Shown: one piece after another, positions 10,032 to 21,175 of the stretch
Numbering within the stretch: the stretch's first letter is position 1
Layout: every line of letters begins with the position of its first letter
DNA from: an uncultured delta proteobacterium
GTDB taxonomy: Bacteria > Desulfobacterota > Desulfomonilia > Desulfomonilales > Desulfomonilaceae
DNA: 64,000 bases
Direction: 5' to 3'
NCBI GenBank assembly: GCA_963789265.1
Contig: CAWBKB010000008.1
Coordinates: 71,698-135,697, forward strand
The notes under the pieces: generated by a model
Seen by the model: the letters and a program-made list of their open reading frames with translations, nothing else
The model's database searches: none
Told to the model about the DNA's origin: nothing
Translations under genes and position numbers: made by a program

Positions 10032-10459
10032 CACGATGCTCTCGCAACAGCGAGCCTTAGTCGCGAGGGTGTGCAAGCGTTTCGACTGGGGTGCCCTTGC
10101 GATGCTATCAACTTGTCAACAGGTCGGGATCGGCAGCGTAACCATTCACTTACTAGCGGGAAGAGATTGTCATTGCGAGCCAAGCGAAGCAATCTTTTCC
10201 TTTAAACGCCGCTTAGATTGCCGGTGGGACGGGCATCTTGCCCGTCATCCCCAATGGCAGGCAGGATGCCTGCCCCACCATATCCTCGCGGGGATTGTCA
10301 CTTGTTTGATGGCGCACTGGTATAACCTGTCAACAGGTCGGGATCGGCGGCAAAGATTCTGATTGACTGACCACATTGCCGTGAGTTACTCTCAACAAAA
10401 GCACAAATTGGGCTCTTTCAGCAACGTGAAGATGGTTTTGATTTTCCCGGCTCTCCCCG

Positions 10460-10881
10460 CATAGGCAGTAACTTAGCCTCGTCGGACGCCGGATTCCCCT
10501 CTTTCGTGAGGGGGGGGAAGGGGGAGGATGACAACCGACCGAAATTGTAGACGACCCTTTGTTATTTTTACGCGTGTGGGGCAAGTGGGAATTTTGAGCT
10601 AACCCGTTGAAAATCCCCTTAAATCCCCCTTTAAAAAGGGGAACTTTGATGGGCCTTGGCCCGTTGGACCTCTCAAGAAGTAACGAAATGCCCTTAGTAC
10701 TAGATTTCCCAAATACGGTGACGTTAAGCCGGTACGGAAGAAGATTGCTTTCCCGCGAGGCGCGGGACTCGCAATGACAGATAGTGGGAATGTCATTGCG
10801 AGGAGTGAAACGACGAAGCAATCTCCACCGTGAAAATGCGTGACCGGATTTATGAAACAGAGCAATTAGTTAGCGCCTATG
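10460..10881. repeat. Composite MITE/REP cluster with CATAGGC-type ends
   Basis: CATAGGCAGTAACTTAG at 10460 and TTAGTTAGCGCCTATG ending 10881; internal CCCCCTTT..AAGGGG and GTCATTGCGAG..GCAATC repeats; no clear TSD. Confidence 0.55.
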
Positions 10882-10949
10882 GGATCAGGCTCCGGGGTGT
10901 TGTCTGACACCATGTATTCAAGTTCTCAAACTTAACTAGGAGGTGGGAA

Positions 10950-11192
10950 ATGCATTTAATCGGATTCTTGATAATCGGGCTCATAGCTGGTTGGCTGGCC
11001 GAGACAATCATGAAAGGGCGAGGGGCCGGTCTAATCGTTAACCTAATTGTAGGGGTAGTCGGTGCCTTCGTCGGGGGCCATCTTTTCGGCTATTTGGGGT
11101 TGCACATGCACGGGATCATCGGGTCCTTGATTGCAGCCGTAGTTGGGGCCCTGATACTGCTTTTTATCGTGGGGCTAATCAAGAAGGCTTGA
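10950..11192 (+). CDS. GlsB/YeaQ/YmgE family (transglycosylase-associated) membrane protein
   Basis: IIGLIAGWLA...NLIVGVVGAFVGG pattern; GGAGG RBS. Confidence 0.9.
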   Translation: MHLIGFLIIGLIAGWLAETIMKGRGAGLIVNLIVGVVGAFVGGHLFGYLGLHMHGIIGSLIAAVVGALILLFIVGLIKKA

Positions 11193-11227
11193 ACGGCAGT
11201 AATTGGTTATCTCACAAAGCTGTAATC

Positions 11228-11417
11228 GTTCACCGCGGAGAGCGCAGAGACCGCGGAGAATTCTATTTTCTCCGAACGCTTATGCGAATTGTGTACAGCA
11301 GGTTCCGGTATGTGATCCCGCGATGCGGAAAGGACAATGCCGACCTGACTGTACGCGCGGTAACTGACGTGGAATTGAATAAGCTATCCTTTATCTCTGC
11401 GAACTCTGCGGTGAATC
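11228..11417. repeat. TTCACCGC(A/G)GAG...CTCTGCGGTGAA inverted-end repeat, copy 1
   Basis: Ends shared with 21506-21703; internal sequence differs. Confidence 0.7.
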
Positions 11418-11997
11418 TTGAGGCCCGCTGAAAGGTTACACAAAGCTTTCACGAGCATTCTCGCGTCCCAGTCGGGGTGGATCGTGTGACTTGCCCCCCG
11501 ATGGTGGTTTCGGAAAAATGTCACCACAGAGGCACAGAGGTGCTCGGCGCACGGCCAAGATTCCTTGATAAGCATCGAGGCCCGTAGAGATTGGGGAGGT
11601 TACTCGAACGAAGTATTTTTCTCGTTCCCAGTCCCGCGAGACGCGGGATTGGGAACCAGAACTCCAAGGGATGCCTTATTTTAACGCTTATCCCCATACG
11701 GGGGCATGACGGCATGTACGGCGCGGGTTTGAACCCCGCGCCGTACCATCTGACGGTTTTCTCTGGGCTCTCTGTGTCTCTGTGGTTAACTTTCTCTTTC
11801 TTTCAGTTCACCTCACCCACCAAAATAAATCCTGCCCACTGTGGAGTAATGGAGTCTGACATGAGCGGCGATCCTCCTCGTGCAAGAAGCAAGACCCTCT
11901 CAAGTTGCCACTCTCGGACCGGCTACGTGAGGCGGCAGATTGGGGGAGTGTTTGGATCGGCCGAAAGCCAGACCCCACTGCAGAACTTTTCTGGGAT

Positions 11998-12489
11998 TCA
12001 GCCATAGAAGCCCATGTTGGGCAGGAGGTTATATTGCATGACTGTACGTTCCTTGCCCAGGTATTCGACTCGTTCCCGAAGAGACCATCCGAGGCGCTTG
12101 TAGAATGTTGGCAACTGGCCCGAGGTGTAAAGGTACAAAGTGTCGTAGCCAACTGATCGCGCCTCGGCAGCGACCGCACGAACCAAGGCTGCTCCAGTGC
12201 CATGCCGCCGGTAGATCGGGAAAACGAAGAGCTGGCCGAGCCAAGGCGTGAGACCTTTCCTGACTTCCATGTCGCAGCGACGAAGGGTTCCCGACCCGAC
12301 CAGTAGCCCACTCAGGGAGGCGACGAAAACCGACAGAATCTTTGAGCACTCCGCTGTTTCGCCAAGGAAACCAATATATTCCTCAACAGTGGCAGATCCG
12401 GTAAGCGGACCCCACTGATCGAAGTGAGCGTGGGCGAGAACGTTTATCCAGTCTCTATGCAGGGCGAGTTTTTCGATTATCACATGCAA
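11998..12489 (-). CDS. GNAT acetyltransferase
   Basis: PWLGQLFVFPIYRRHGTG and FYKRLGW motifs. Confidence 0.9.
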   Translation of the reverse strand: MHVIIEKLALHRDWINVLAHAHFDQWGPLTGSATVEEYIGFLGETAECSKILSVFVASLSGLLVGSGTLRRCDMEVRKGLTPWLGQLFVFPIYRRHGTGAALVRAVAAEARSVGYDTLYLYTSGQLPTFYKRLGWSLRERVEYLGKERTVMQYNLLPNMGFYG

Positions 12490-12928
12490 CCCCTGTTGTT
12501 GCTGCCCAACTATGAGCTATGAGAGTCACGTTTTCACTCACCGTTGCCGGTTGCCCGAACTTGAGGGTTCCATGATATTTGTCCTGGGCAGAATCGCCTC
12601 CCCGTCTGCCACCGTTGCAGAGATCGTTTCGGGTCATCGAGGAAGTTGTTCTTGCTATCCTACCTGCATTTATTGCAGCAAAGGGGTCACCCATTAAAAG
12701 GCCCTCTGTCAAGGAAAAAACTTCCCCGGTGCAAGGAAAGGGTTGTTTACTTGCTGAGGGTACGGCCGAGCACGCGACGTGCCGGGTTTCAGTCATAGTC
12801 AAGGGCAGACCCCACTCACGAGGGTCAACCGGGTGAACACCCGTGGCCATTATCGGGAAGTACTTAGGGACTTTCTCAGAGCTTCAAATGAGCCAAGAGG
12901 CGTCGCCGGCCCCAGGGGAGAGGAGGCT

Positions 12929-13204
12929 CTACCGGCGCCAGCCCCGTCCATAGTAACCTCTACCATAACCGCCATAATATCCGCCGTAATACCCCGGGTA
13001 GCCGTACCCGCTGTATCCTCCGTATCCCGCGTACCCGCCGTATCCCTCATATCCGCCGTATCCAGGCACGGCGGAACCAGGACCGTATACGGTGTTCGGT
13101 ATACCGGGCGCGGGCCACTTGCTGACTGTGTAACCCCAACACGTGCAAGCGCTAAATGCCAGCATCGCAAGGATTGCAAGAATTATGGTGGATTTTTTGA
13201 CCAT
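12929..13204 (-). CDS. Small secreted Gly/Tyr-rich protein
   Basis: Signal peptide, GYGGY repeats, AGGAGG RBS. Confidence 0.7.
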   Translation of the reverse strand: MVKKSTIILAILAMLAFSACTCWGYTVSKWPAPGIPNTVYGPGSAVPGYGGYEGYGGYAGYGGYSGYGYPGYYGGYYGGYGRGYYGRGWRR

Positions 13205-13679
13205 ACCTTCATCCTCCTTTCCACTAGGACCATTCTTGTCATGAATCGGTCCTCTTTGGGGTGCCTGTTAAGACTAACCCAAAGCCAGAATATCACTGAC
13301 TAATTTGGAAGTCAATGAATATCGAAATGCGTTTCCCCTTCCTTCTTCACTCCTGGCTGTCTTTGGAAATGCCCCACGCCACCGTGGATTTTGGGGTCAG
13401 GCTTGAAATGTGAAATGAGTGGCCGCACGGAAATTTCAACATAATTCGGCCATATTCAAGGTGATAACAACCTGTTCAGGCAAGACATCGAAGATTGGAA
13501 TGGATGTCACCTTTTAATGGGTGACCCCTGCCCTTGCCAGTGCTGCTTCGTAGTCTTCATCCGTGTGTATTGGTCTGATTTCCATTTACTACTCTCCGTA
13601 GAGATGGATCATAATATAGCGGCACAGTCCTCTAGAGTGAGAGCTGAAATAGGGCAGCGATCGCGAAGGAATTAGGGTA

Positions 13680-13708
13680 GGCCTCTCCGATTGTTCCTCG
13701 GAGAGGCC
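13680..13708. terminator. Hairpin downstream of cydB
   Basis: GGCCTCTCCGA-N7-TCGGAGAGGCC. Confidence 0.5.
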
Positions 13709-13756
13709 CTTATGTGCAGTAGGGCGTCCCGCGAAGCGCGGGATTGCCCGCCGATG

Positions 13757-14782
13757 TCAATAAGCTTCTTCGGAAGCCAGATCTTCCTTAGTTATCTTGC
13801 CCCTGAACACATAGTAGCCCCAAATCTGGTAGATGATCACGATGGGCACAAAGGTTAGTGCCACACCGAGCATGATTTTCAGAGTGAGTGGGCTCGAAGC
13901 GGAGTTGAAAACGGTCAAGCTGTAAGCCGGATTTAAACTTGACGGAAAGAGATTGGGATACAGCCCGATCACGCCGAACAGGGTCGCGCCCACGATGGTT
14001 AATGACGATGCAAACCATGCGCTCCACCAGGCTTTCTTATGAATGAGCCAGCGCACGGCCAAAAGAGCCAGTACCGTTATGAGAGGAATCACCAATAACG
14101 CCGGGTGAGTCAGGTAATTCGTGTAAAGACCGGTCGCAAACCACGTCGCGGCCAGGAATACCACCGCAACGACGAGCAGAACCCACCATATTCCACCGGC
14201 TGTCTTTCCGGCCCGCTCCTCAAGAGGAGCCTCAGCCTTGATCGCCAGCCACAGTGCCCCATGAACGAGGAAGAGAAGGACAAAGAGCACTCCTCCGAGC
14301 AGTCCATAGGGATTCAGTAGCGTGAGCAAGTTGCCGTGAAATATGCCATCCGCGTCAATCGGTATCCCTCGGAAGATGTTCGCGAATGCGACACCAAGCA
14401 AAAGAGCCGCGACGAAACTTCCCAAAAAGTGGCAAACATCCCACAGCTTTTGCCATCCCTCGCCTTCGAGCTTGCCCCTGAATTCCAGGGCAACCGCGCG
14501 CACGATCAAGGCAAAGAGAAGCAGCAGGAGAGGAGTGTACAGAGCGCTGAACATGACTGCATAAGTTGTCGGAAAAGCCGCGAAAGTAACCCCGCCTGCG
14601 GTGATTAACCATACCTCGTTCCCATCCCAGAAGGGTCCCATCGAGTTGTAGATCACTCGCCTATCGCTATCGGTACGGGCCACAAAAGGGGCGAGGATTC
14701 CCAGCCCGAGGTCAAAGCCGTCGAGCATAAAATAAACAGCCCATAGGATACCCCATAGCAAAAACCAGATCGTCTCTAACAT
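13757..14782 (-). CDS. cydB: Cytochrome bd ubiquinol oxidase subunit II
   Basis: LDGFDLG and GPFWDGNEVWL motifs. Confidence 0.96.
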   Translation of the reverse strand: MLETIWFLLWGILWAVYFMLDGFDLGLGILAPFVARTDSDRRVIYNSMGPFWDGNEVWLITAGGVTFAAFPTTYAVMFSALYTPLLLLLFALIVRAVALEFRGKLEGEGWQKLWDVCHFLGSFVAALLLGVAFANIFRGIPIDADGIFHGNLLTLLNPYGLLGGVLFVLLFLVHGALWLAIKAEAPLEERAGKTAGGIWWVLLVVAVVFLAATWFATGLYTNYLTHPALLVIPLITVLALLAVRWLIHKKAWWSAWFASSLTIVGATLFGVIGLYPNLFPSSLNPAYSLTVFNSASSPLTLKIMLGVALTFVPIVIIYQIWGYYVFRGKITKEDLASEEAY

Positions 14783-14796
14783 GATCTTCCCCCCTT

Positions 14797-16123
14797 CTAC
14801 TGCGTTGCGCCGGAGATCGGCTCCGGAACCTTGCCTGCATACCTGGCGATCAAATAGAAGCAGCCTATCCCGAGCAAAGTGTAAATGATTACAAAGGCCG
14901 CCAGAGAGATGCCGACCTGGGAGTTAGCCAGTGTGGATGCGGCATCGCTGGTTTTCATCATGCCGTAAACTATCCACGGTTGCCGACCGACTTCGGTTAC
15001 TGTCCAGCCGAGGGCAAGCGCTACATAAGGGAGCGGAATACAATACATCAACAGCCGAAGAAGCCCTGGGCTGTCTTCCGGATTGTTCCGCTTGAACCAG
15101 GCAATAATGCTGACGATAACGAAAAAGATCCCGAGCGCCACCATCAGCCTGAAGGCCCAGAAGGTCGCGGCAACGGGCGGTCTCTCGTTTTTGGGCCATT
15201 CCTTGAGCCCTTTGTACACAGCATTCGCGTCACCGTAAGCAACCCAACTCAATAGCTTGGGTATCCCCAGAAACTGCACTGAGTTGCGCTCGTTAGCCTC
15301 ATCGGGAATTTGGATCAAATACAACGGAGCGCCTGGCGTGGACTCCCAGAACCGCCTCAGTGGCCGCTGCCTTGGTCGGCTGGGCTTTTACCATCTCTTT
15401 GCCGTGGAAATCTCCTATCCCAAGTTCGGCGATAGAAAAGATTACAGCAAAAATGGCCGCCATCTTGAACGATTGCTTGAAAAATGGGACGTTTTGACGC
15501 CGAAGTAGATGATACGCGCATACGCCCATTACAAAGAACCCGGTTAGGATGTACGCTCCGCTTAACACGTGCAGAAACATCAAAAGAGCGTAACTCTGTG
15601 TAATAACAGCCCAGAAATCGGCAAGCTCCGCACGACCGTTTCTGATTACATAGCCTACCGGGTGCTGCATCCAGGAGTTTGCCACCAGGATCCAATACGC
15701 GGAAAAATTCGAGGCGGCAACAACCAGCCAGATGCAAACCGCGTGAGCTTTCGGAGAAAGCTTATCCCAGCCGAATACCCACAAACCGATGAACGTGGAT
15801 TCAAGGAAAAAGGCAACTGTAGCCTCTACCGCCAGTAGGGAACCGAAAATGTCCCCCACGTACTTGGAATATCGGGACCAGTTTGTACCGAATTGAAATT
15901 CCAGGGTTATGCCGGTAACCACTCCCAGAGCAAAATTGATGACTAACAACTTGCCCCAGTATTTGGCCATCTTTTTGTATTGTTCGTCCCCGGTACTTAC
16001 ATATCGCGTCTCCATTATGGCAACTAGAATGGAAAGGCCCAGCGTAAGGGGAACGAATAGAAAATGGAAATAAGTTGCCACTGCAAATTGCAACCGGGAA
16101 AGTGTGACAGCGTCCATAGCCAT
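14797..16123 (-). CDS. cydA: Cytochrome bd oxidase subunit I (one +1 frameshift near 15350, probably a sequencing error)
   Basis: LSRLQFA..HFLFVP, EFQFGTNW and EVGRQPW motifs; removing one base restores EAVWESTPGAPLYL. Confidence 0.93.
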
Positions 16124-16149
16124 TTACCCCCTTGGTGGATTGACACCAT

Positions 16150-16647
16150 TTAATCAATCCTTTTGAACGTTGCTCCCTTTGAACCGCAAACCGGACAAAC
16201 ATCCGGAGCATGCTGTCCCACGGTGTACCCGCAGGATGGACACACATAATAGGAATAACTCTCCTGCGATGCTCCCAGACTGTCCAGGAGCTTGGTGTAA
16301 AGGCTCGCGTGGACTTTTTCCACTTCGTTAGCGTAGTTGAAGCTTCTCTCCGCGGCTTTATGCCCTGCGGCTTTGGCCGCTTCAATCATTCCGGGGTACA
16401 TCTGTTTGAATTCGAACGTTTCACCGGCAATGGCCGCTTCAAGATTCTGGGTTGTGGTGCCGATTCCTTTGAGAGCTCTCAGGTGATTGTGCGCGTGGAC
16501 GGTTTCTGCTTCTGCCGCTGCTCGAAACAGCTTGGCGGCCTGGGGATATCCTTCCTTATCCGCCTTTTCCGCAAAGGCGAGATACTTGCGATTAGCCTGT
16601 GATTCCCCTGCAAACGCCTCTTTCAAGAATTGTTCTACTTCTTGCAT
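16150..16647 (-). CDS. rbr: Rubrerythrin
   Basis: AFAGESQANRKY, ETVHA and EKVH motifs; C-terminal CPSC..CPVC. Confidence 0.95.
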   Translation of the reverse strand: MQEVEQFLKEAFAGESQANRKYLAFAEKADKEGYPQAAKLFRAAAEAETVHAHNHLRALKGIGTTTQNLEAAIAGETFEFKQMYPGMIEAAKAAGHKAAERSFNYANEVEKVHASLYTKLLDSLGASQESYSYYVCPSCGYTVGQHAPDVCPVCGSKGATFKRID

Positions 16648-16890
16648 GACTCCCTGTTCCTCCTCGTTGTTGATAATTTGGTTTGATACGGACAAAATCC
16701 GCATTTCATATTAAGAACGACAAGATCGGGGAAACATCCCTTGTTCAGGTTCCCCAAATCCGACCTGGAACCCCCAACATTCGCCTGCATCCTCATTTCT
16801 CCATAAGATAAACGAGAATTTCAGCAATAGCCAAAAATTCTTGTAGATACGTCAAGGGAGGAACGTATTTGAAGACGTTCCTCCGCGACC

Positions 16891-17289
16891 TCAATTCTTC
16901 CTGAAACAATCAGGGCAAATTCCAGTGAATTCCATCCAGTGCGATACCACTTTGTACCCGCAGGATCTTTGGGCTGCCTTTTCGATCAGCGGGAAGGGCT
17001 CAATATCGATGTCGTCCACTCTTCCGCATTCAATGCAGCGGATATGGTAATGATTTTCGGTTGTCCCGTCAAAGCGTCTCTGAGTACCGGCGAGGTCCAT
17101 TTTCAGCACTATGCCTTCCGCGCTCAGGATTTCAAGGTTGCGATACACGGTGGCAATACTGATCTTCGGCAAGCGCCGGCGAACCAAGTGATGAAGGTCC
17201 TCGGCCGTAGGGTGACAGGTGACCTTCTTTAGCTCTTCCAGAATGATCCTACGCTGCTTAGTCATTCTACGTAATGGTTTCGAGTCCAT
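16891..17289 (-). CDS. Fur/PerR-family regulator
   Basis: HPTAE, ATVYRNL, HYHIRCIECG and CPDC motifs; upstream of rbr, so PerR-like. Confidence 0.92.
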   Translation of the reverse strand: MDSKPLRRMTKQRRIILEELKKVTCHPTAEDLHHLVRRRLPKISIATVYRNLEILSAEGIVLKMDLAGTQRRFDGTTENHYHIRCIECGRVDDIDIEPFPLIEKAAQRSCGYKVVSHWMEFTGICPDCFRKN

Positions 17290-17382
17290 AGCGGGATGTT
17301 GCGTTCCTGTTGCTATTGAGATGCAATATAAATAAGCTAACCGAAGCTAGATTCTCATGTCAAGTCTTTTTTGCAACGACTT

Positions 17383-17500
17383 GTATGCATTCAGTTACAA
17401 CCGAAATTTGCGGGTGGCTTCGTGGGGTGGGCTTTCTAGCCCGCCATTGAACAGGGGTTTCCCCGGCAGGCTGTCCCGCGCCTCGCGGGACTGTCCCACC
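17383..17500. repeat. Truncated second copy of the 3812 MITE
   Basis: About 90 bp nearly identical to 3812-3902; right TIR absent. Confidence 0.8.
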
Positions 17501-17709
17501 ATTCACTCCTCGCAATTGCGGATGTTCAGAACGGCTCACCGGTGTGCACGTTTGCAAACACCGGGTGGGCCGGAATCGGCCCGCGCGTTTTGCATCGACA
17601 CGCCCGCTCGGAAAACAAGTGTCAATAGCCGTTGACTAAGATGGTATAAGTCTCTTATAATAAGTTTCTCAAGTGTAGTCTGAATTCTGATGCGCAGGTA
17701 TGAGAACGA

Positions 17710-20041
17710 ATGAGCAGGAGAGTCGTGCCAATGGATGGCCCATACAATGGTCCGGACGACTCCAGGTCTTCAAGTATTGATGCCGGGAGAGACCGCCTTG
17801 CCCGACCTTTGAGCCCGGGTCCGGGAGGCATGTCTTCTCAACAATGGTCATATAATGATATAGGTGATGATTCCAATCCAACACTCAGAGATTACATAGG
17901 TATTGTAATTAGAAGAAGGTGGGCGGCCCTCGCGGCGTTTGTTGTTATCATTTCCATATCTGTTGCCTACACATTCACTGCCAAACCTTTATACCGCTCT
18001 GCCGCTACCATAGAATTTCAACAGAAGAAGCCGAAGCAAGATGATCGGGTATACGGGAGCCCCGAGTACCGACCAGTACAAGGGTTATCTAGCTACCCAG
18101 TTGGAGATTTTGAAGTCACGCAGCCTGGCAAAAGCTCTGATCGCCAAAATGAACCTTTCGGATTCTCCTGAATTCACGTCTTCAAAAGGCCGGCTTGCCG
18201 GATTGCGTTCCGCGCTTCTCCTGTGGTTCCGGATATCAAATCCCCAAACCAACACAAAGAAGGCCCTTCCAAGCCTCAACAAACTCGTAACCAACGTTCT
18301 TGGGAGAGTTTCGGTCAAGCCCATCAAGACCAGCAACCTGGCCTCAGTGAGCATGGATGCGAAAAGCCCCGCCTTCGCCCCGGAGATGCTGCGCAATTAT
18401 CTGGATCTTTATCTCGAAATCAACCTGAAAGAACGCCGGAAAGAAAGTTTGGAGGCGAGTGTTTGGTTGAAAGAAGAGCTGGCCAAGGTCCAAAAGAAGC
18501 TGCTGGAAGCCCAAGCAGATTTGGTCGGATTCCTGATCGACAACGGAATCGTTGACTCGTCGAGCGAAACCGGAGTCAGCCCGGTTATGGACCTACTTGC
18601 CAAGACAATGGAGGCCCACAGTAAGTCGCGTGAGGCCCGTTTACGGATGCAGGCATTGGATGCTCAGAAGATCAGAGAACAGGGAGCAGTCCTGCCGAAG
18701 GACGTCAATACCGAATATATTGGTAAACTTAAGGAGCAATTGGCATCGTTTGAGGTCGAATATACGCAGATGAAGGGACTTTATTCATCTGACTTTCCAA
18801 AGGTGAAGATCCTGCGCGAGAAGATCAATTATTTGAAAGATAGAATTCACAAAATTGAAAAGAACGTTCTCGATTCAGCTTTGGACACGGCAAAGAGAGA
18901 AGAAAATCTTTTCAAAGGGTCTGTTAAGTCTGCACGGGATGAGGCCAACCGCGTGAAGGCTCTGGATGCTCAACACATGCTCCTTAAGAAAAATGTGGAA
19001 ACCAATGAGGAATTCTACAAGATCATTTTGAAAGAATATAAAGAAAATGACATCAAGGCGAGAACAATCAGCAACAACGCCAGAATAGTTGACACACCCA
19101 CCGAGCCCGAAGCGCCTTGCTGGCCAAAGAAGAAGTTGTTTCTTCTGATAGGTGGCTTGATGGGATTGGTGGGGGGAATTGCCGCGGCCTTTGCAGTGGA
19201 AAGATTGGACAATACGGTTCAGACCCCCGAAGAAATCGAAAGAGATTTCAACGTTCGGAGGCTGGCTATCGTGCCGGATCTAGACACACTGGCGAAGGCG
19301 CAAGGCAGGGAACTGAGAAATATTCCTTATGAATTCGTCGCCCACAGGCAACCGAAGTCTCCTATGTCAGATGCCATTCAGAATATCCACACTTCCATCT
19401 CGCTGTCAAATGCGGACAAACCAGTGCGATGCATGGTTGTATCCAGCCCTAATCCTGCTCAGGGCAAAACCCTGATTTCGATTTCCGTAGCCACCGTGAT
19501 GTGCTCGGGCCACAAGAAAGTGGTGATAGTTGACGCAGATATGCGTAAGCCTAGAGTCCATCAGGTTTTCGGTCATCGCGATCCGGGCCCCGGTCTATCA
19601 ACGTTGCTTGGAGGCTTTGGCCCACAAATATCGCAAGCAGTGCATGCTCATAGCATAAAGGGTTTATTTTACATTACTTCAGGACCACCGGTCGAAGATC
19701 ACTTGAGCTTGCTTCGATCCGATCGCATGAAACGGTTGGTCGATCAGTTAAGGCGCGCCTTCCATTACATAGTATTTGATTCTCCCCCTATCTTGGGATT
19801 CTCGGACGTCCCCACACTTTGCACGCACGCTGACGGATTGATCATGGTCGCCAAGCAGGGGCACTTGGGCCGAGATGCGCTTCGGGAGGCCCTTAATGCC
19901 ACATCCTCGGTTAATGGCTGCGAGATTCTGGGAGTAGTGCTGAATAAGGCTCATGCTTCGGGGGAATACGGTTTTCCATACTTCGGATACAATCGTGACT
20001 ACTATTACGGAAACTACAGATATTATGGCGATCGGTCCTGA
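17710..20041 (+). CDS. Wzc/GumC polysaccharide co-polymerase with BY-kinase (frameshift near 18070)
   Basis: Wzz N-terminus, coiled coil, Walker A variant SPNPAQGKT, DADMRKP, DSPP, Tyr-rich tail. Confidence 0.9.
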
Positions 20042-20083
20042 TCAGGCGCCTCTATAGCTGCCCACTTCATCGCCAAATTGGTA

Positions 20084-21175
20084 TTAGAACCCTGCAAAAG
20101 TGGTTCCCGGGGTGGTGAGCACGCTCACGAGTGATCCGACTTGCGCAACTGTAGCCACGTACTGCCTCATGAAAAGCTGTATATCACCGATGTAGGTCTT
20201 GGGCACGTATAAGACGTCATAGGGCTTAACAAGAATAGCCGATGACATATCCCCGACATCCAGGGTCTTTTTCAAATCTAAACGCCTTCCGATGGGTCTC
20301 CCGTGCACGTCCTTCGAGACAAGGATCACACTGGTGAGGTCCGCCTGCTCTGTGATCGGCCCCTGAGCCAGGGCAAGGGCCTGCAGTGGAGTGATGGGCT
20401 GCTTTAGATCATACGCGCCGGGCTTTTGCACTTCCCCCAGAATATAGACCTTCCGGGATTGGGCTTGCAAAAGGGACAGGGAGGCTACCACATGCTTGAG
20501 CGGCCCGGCCGTATATCTCTCGTTAATCGTACTCTCAACCTCTCCAACAGTATGTCCGACCGCCATTATCCTTTCATGTAGCAGAGGCAGATCGATGGTT
20601 CCGTCGGGATTTACGAGGACCTGCATTTGCTGGCCCCCGGTAAGCGTGGTGAGAGACTCCACCAGCTTGCGGATCTTCTGGTAGAAGCTGACCACGTTCA
20701 CGGTAACCATCTTGTAGTTCTTCATTTTGCCGCGTATCTCTTCCTTGGTAAATATGTGGGTTTCCAGGTACTTATTTTCGATCCTCTTGGCCAACTCTTC
20801 GGGAGTGAGGCCGGCCGCCATGATGTCACCGACCCCAGGTAGAGTGATCATTCCATCGGGGCGGATGGAGACCTTCCTGTTCAGCGTGGGATCGAGCATA
20901 AATTCCACATCGACCTCGTCGAGCGTGTCCAATCGGTAGGAACCGCGGGGAATCGACCATTGGGTCTGATATATGATGCGAAGAGTGTCGTCCGGGCCGA
21001 GTCTGTAATTTCGGCAGACTACGTCGAAAGCTTGAGCCAAATCTTGGAAATCAGGGGGTTTTTGAGGACCGGGAAATGGCCGGAATGGCGAAGGCACCAA
21101 GCCGATGCACCCTGTCAGCGCCAAGCATCCTGTGGCGAGCACGATCAATCTACGCCAGTTTGTCGTTATACTCAT
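20084..21175 (-). CDS. Wza-like polysaccharide export lipoprotein
   Basis: Lipobox LTGC; tandem Poly_export domains (IRPDGMITLP, VNPDGTIDLP); SLBB domain. Confidence 0.88.
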   Translation of the reverse strand: MSITTNWRRLIVLATGCLALTGCIGLVPSPFRPFPGPQKPPDFQDLAQAFDVVCRNYRLGPDDTLRIIYQTQWSIPRGSYRLDTLDEVDVEFMLDPTLNRKVSIRPDGMITLPGVGDIMAAGLTPEELAKRIENKYLETHIFTKEEIRGKMKNYKMVTVNVVSFYQKIRKLVESLTTLTGGQQMQVLVNPDGTIDLPLLHERIMAVGHTVGEVESTINERYTAGPLKHVVASLSLLQAQSRKVYILGEVQKPGAYDLKQPITPLQALALAQGPITEQADLTSVILVSKDVHGRPIGRRLDLKKTLDVGDMSSAILVKPYDVLYVPKTYIGDIQLFMRQYVATVAQVGSLVSVLTTPGTTFAGF

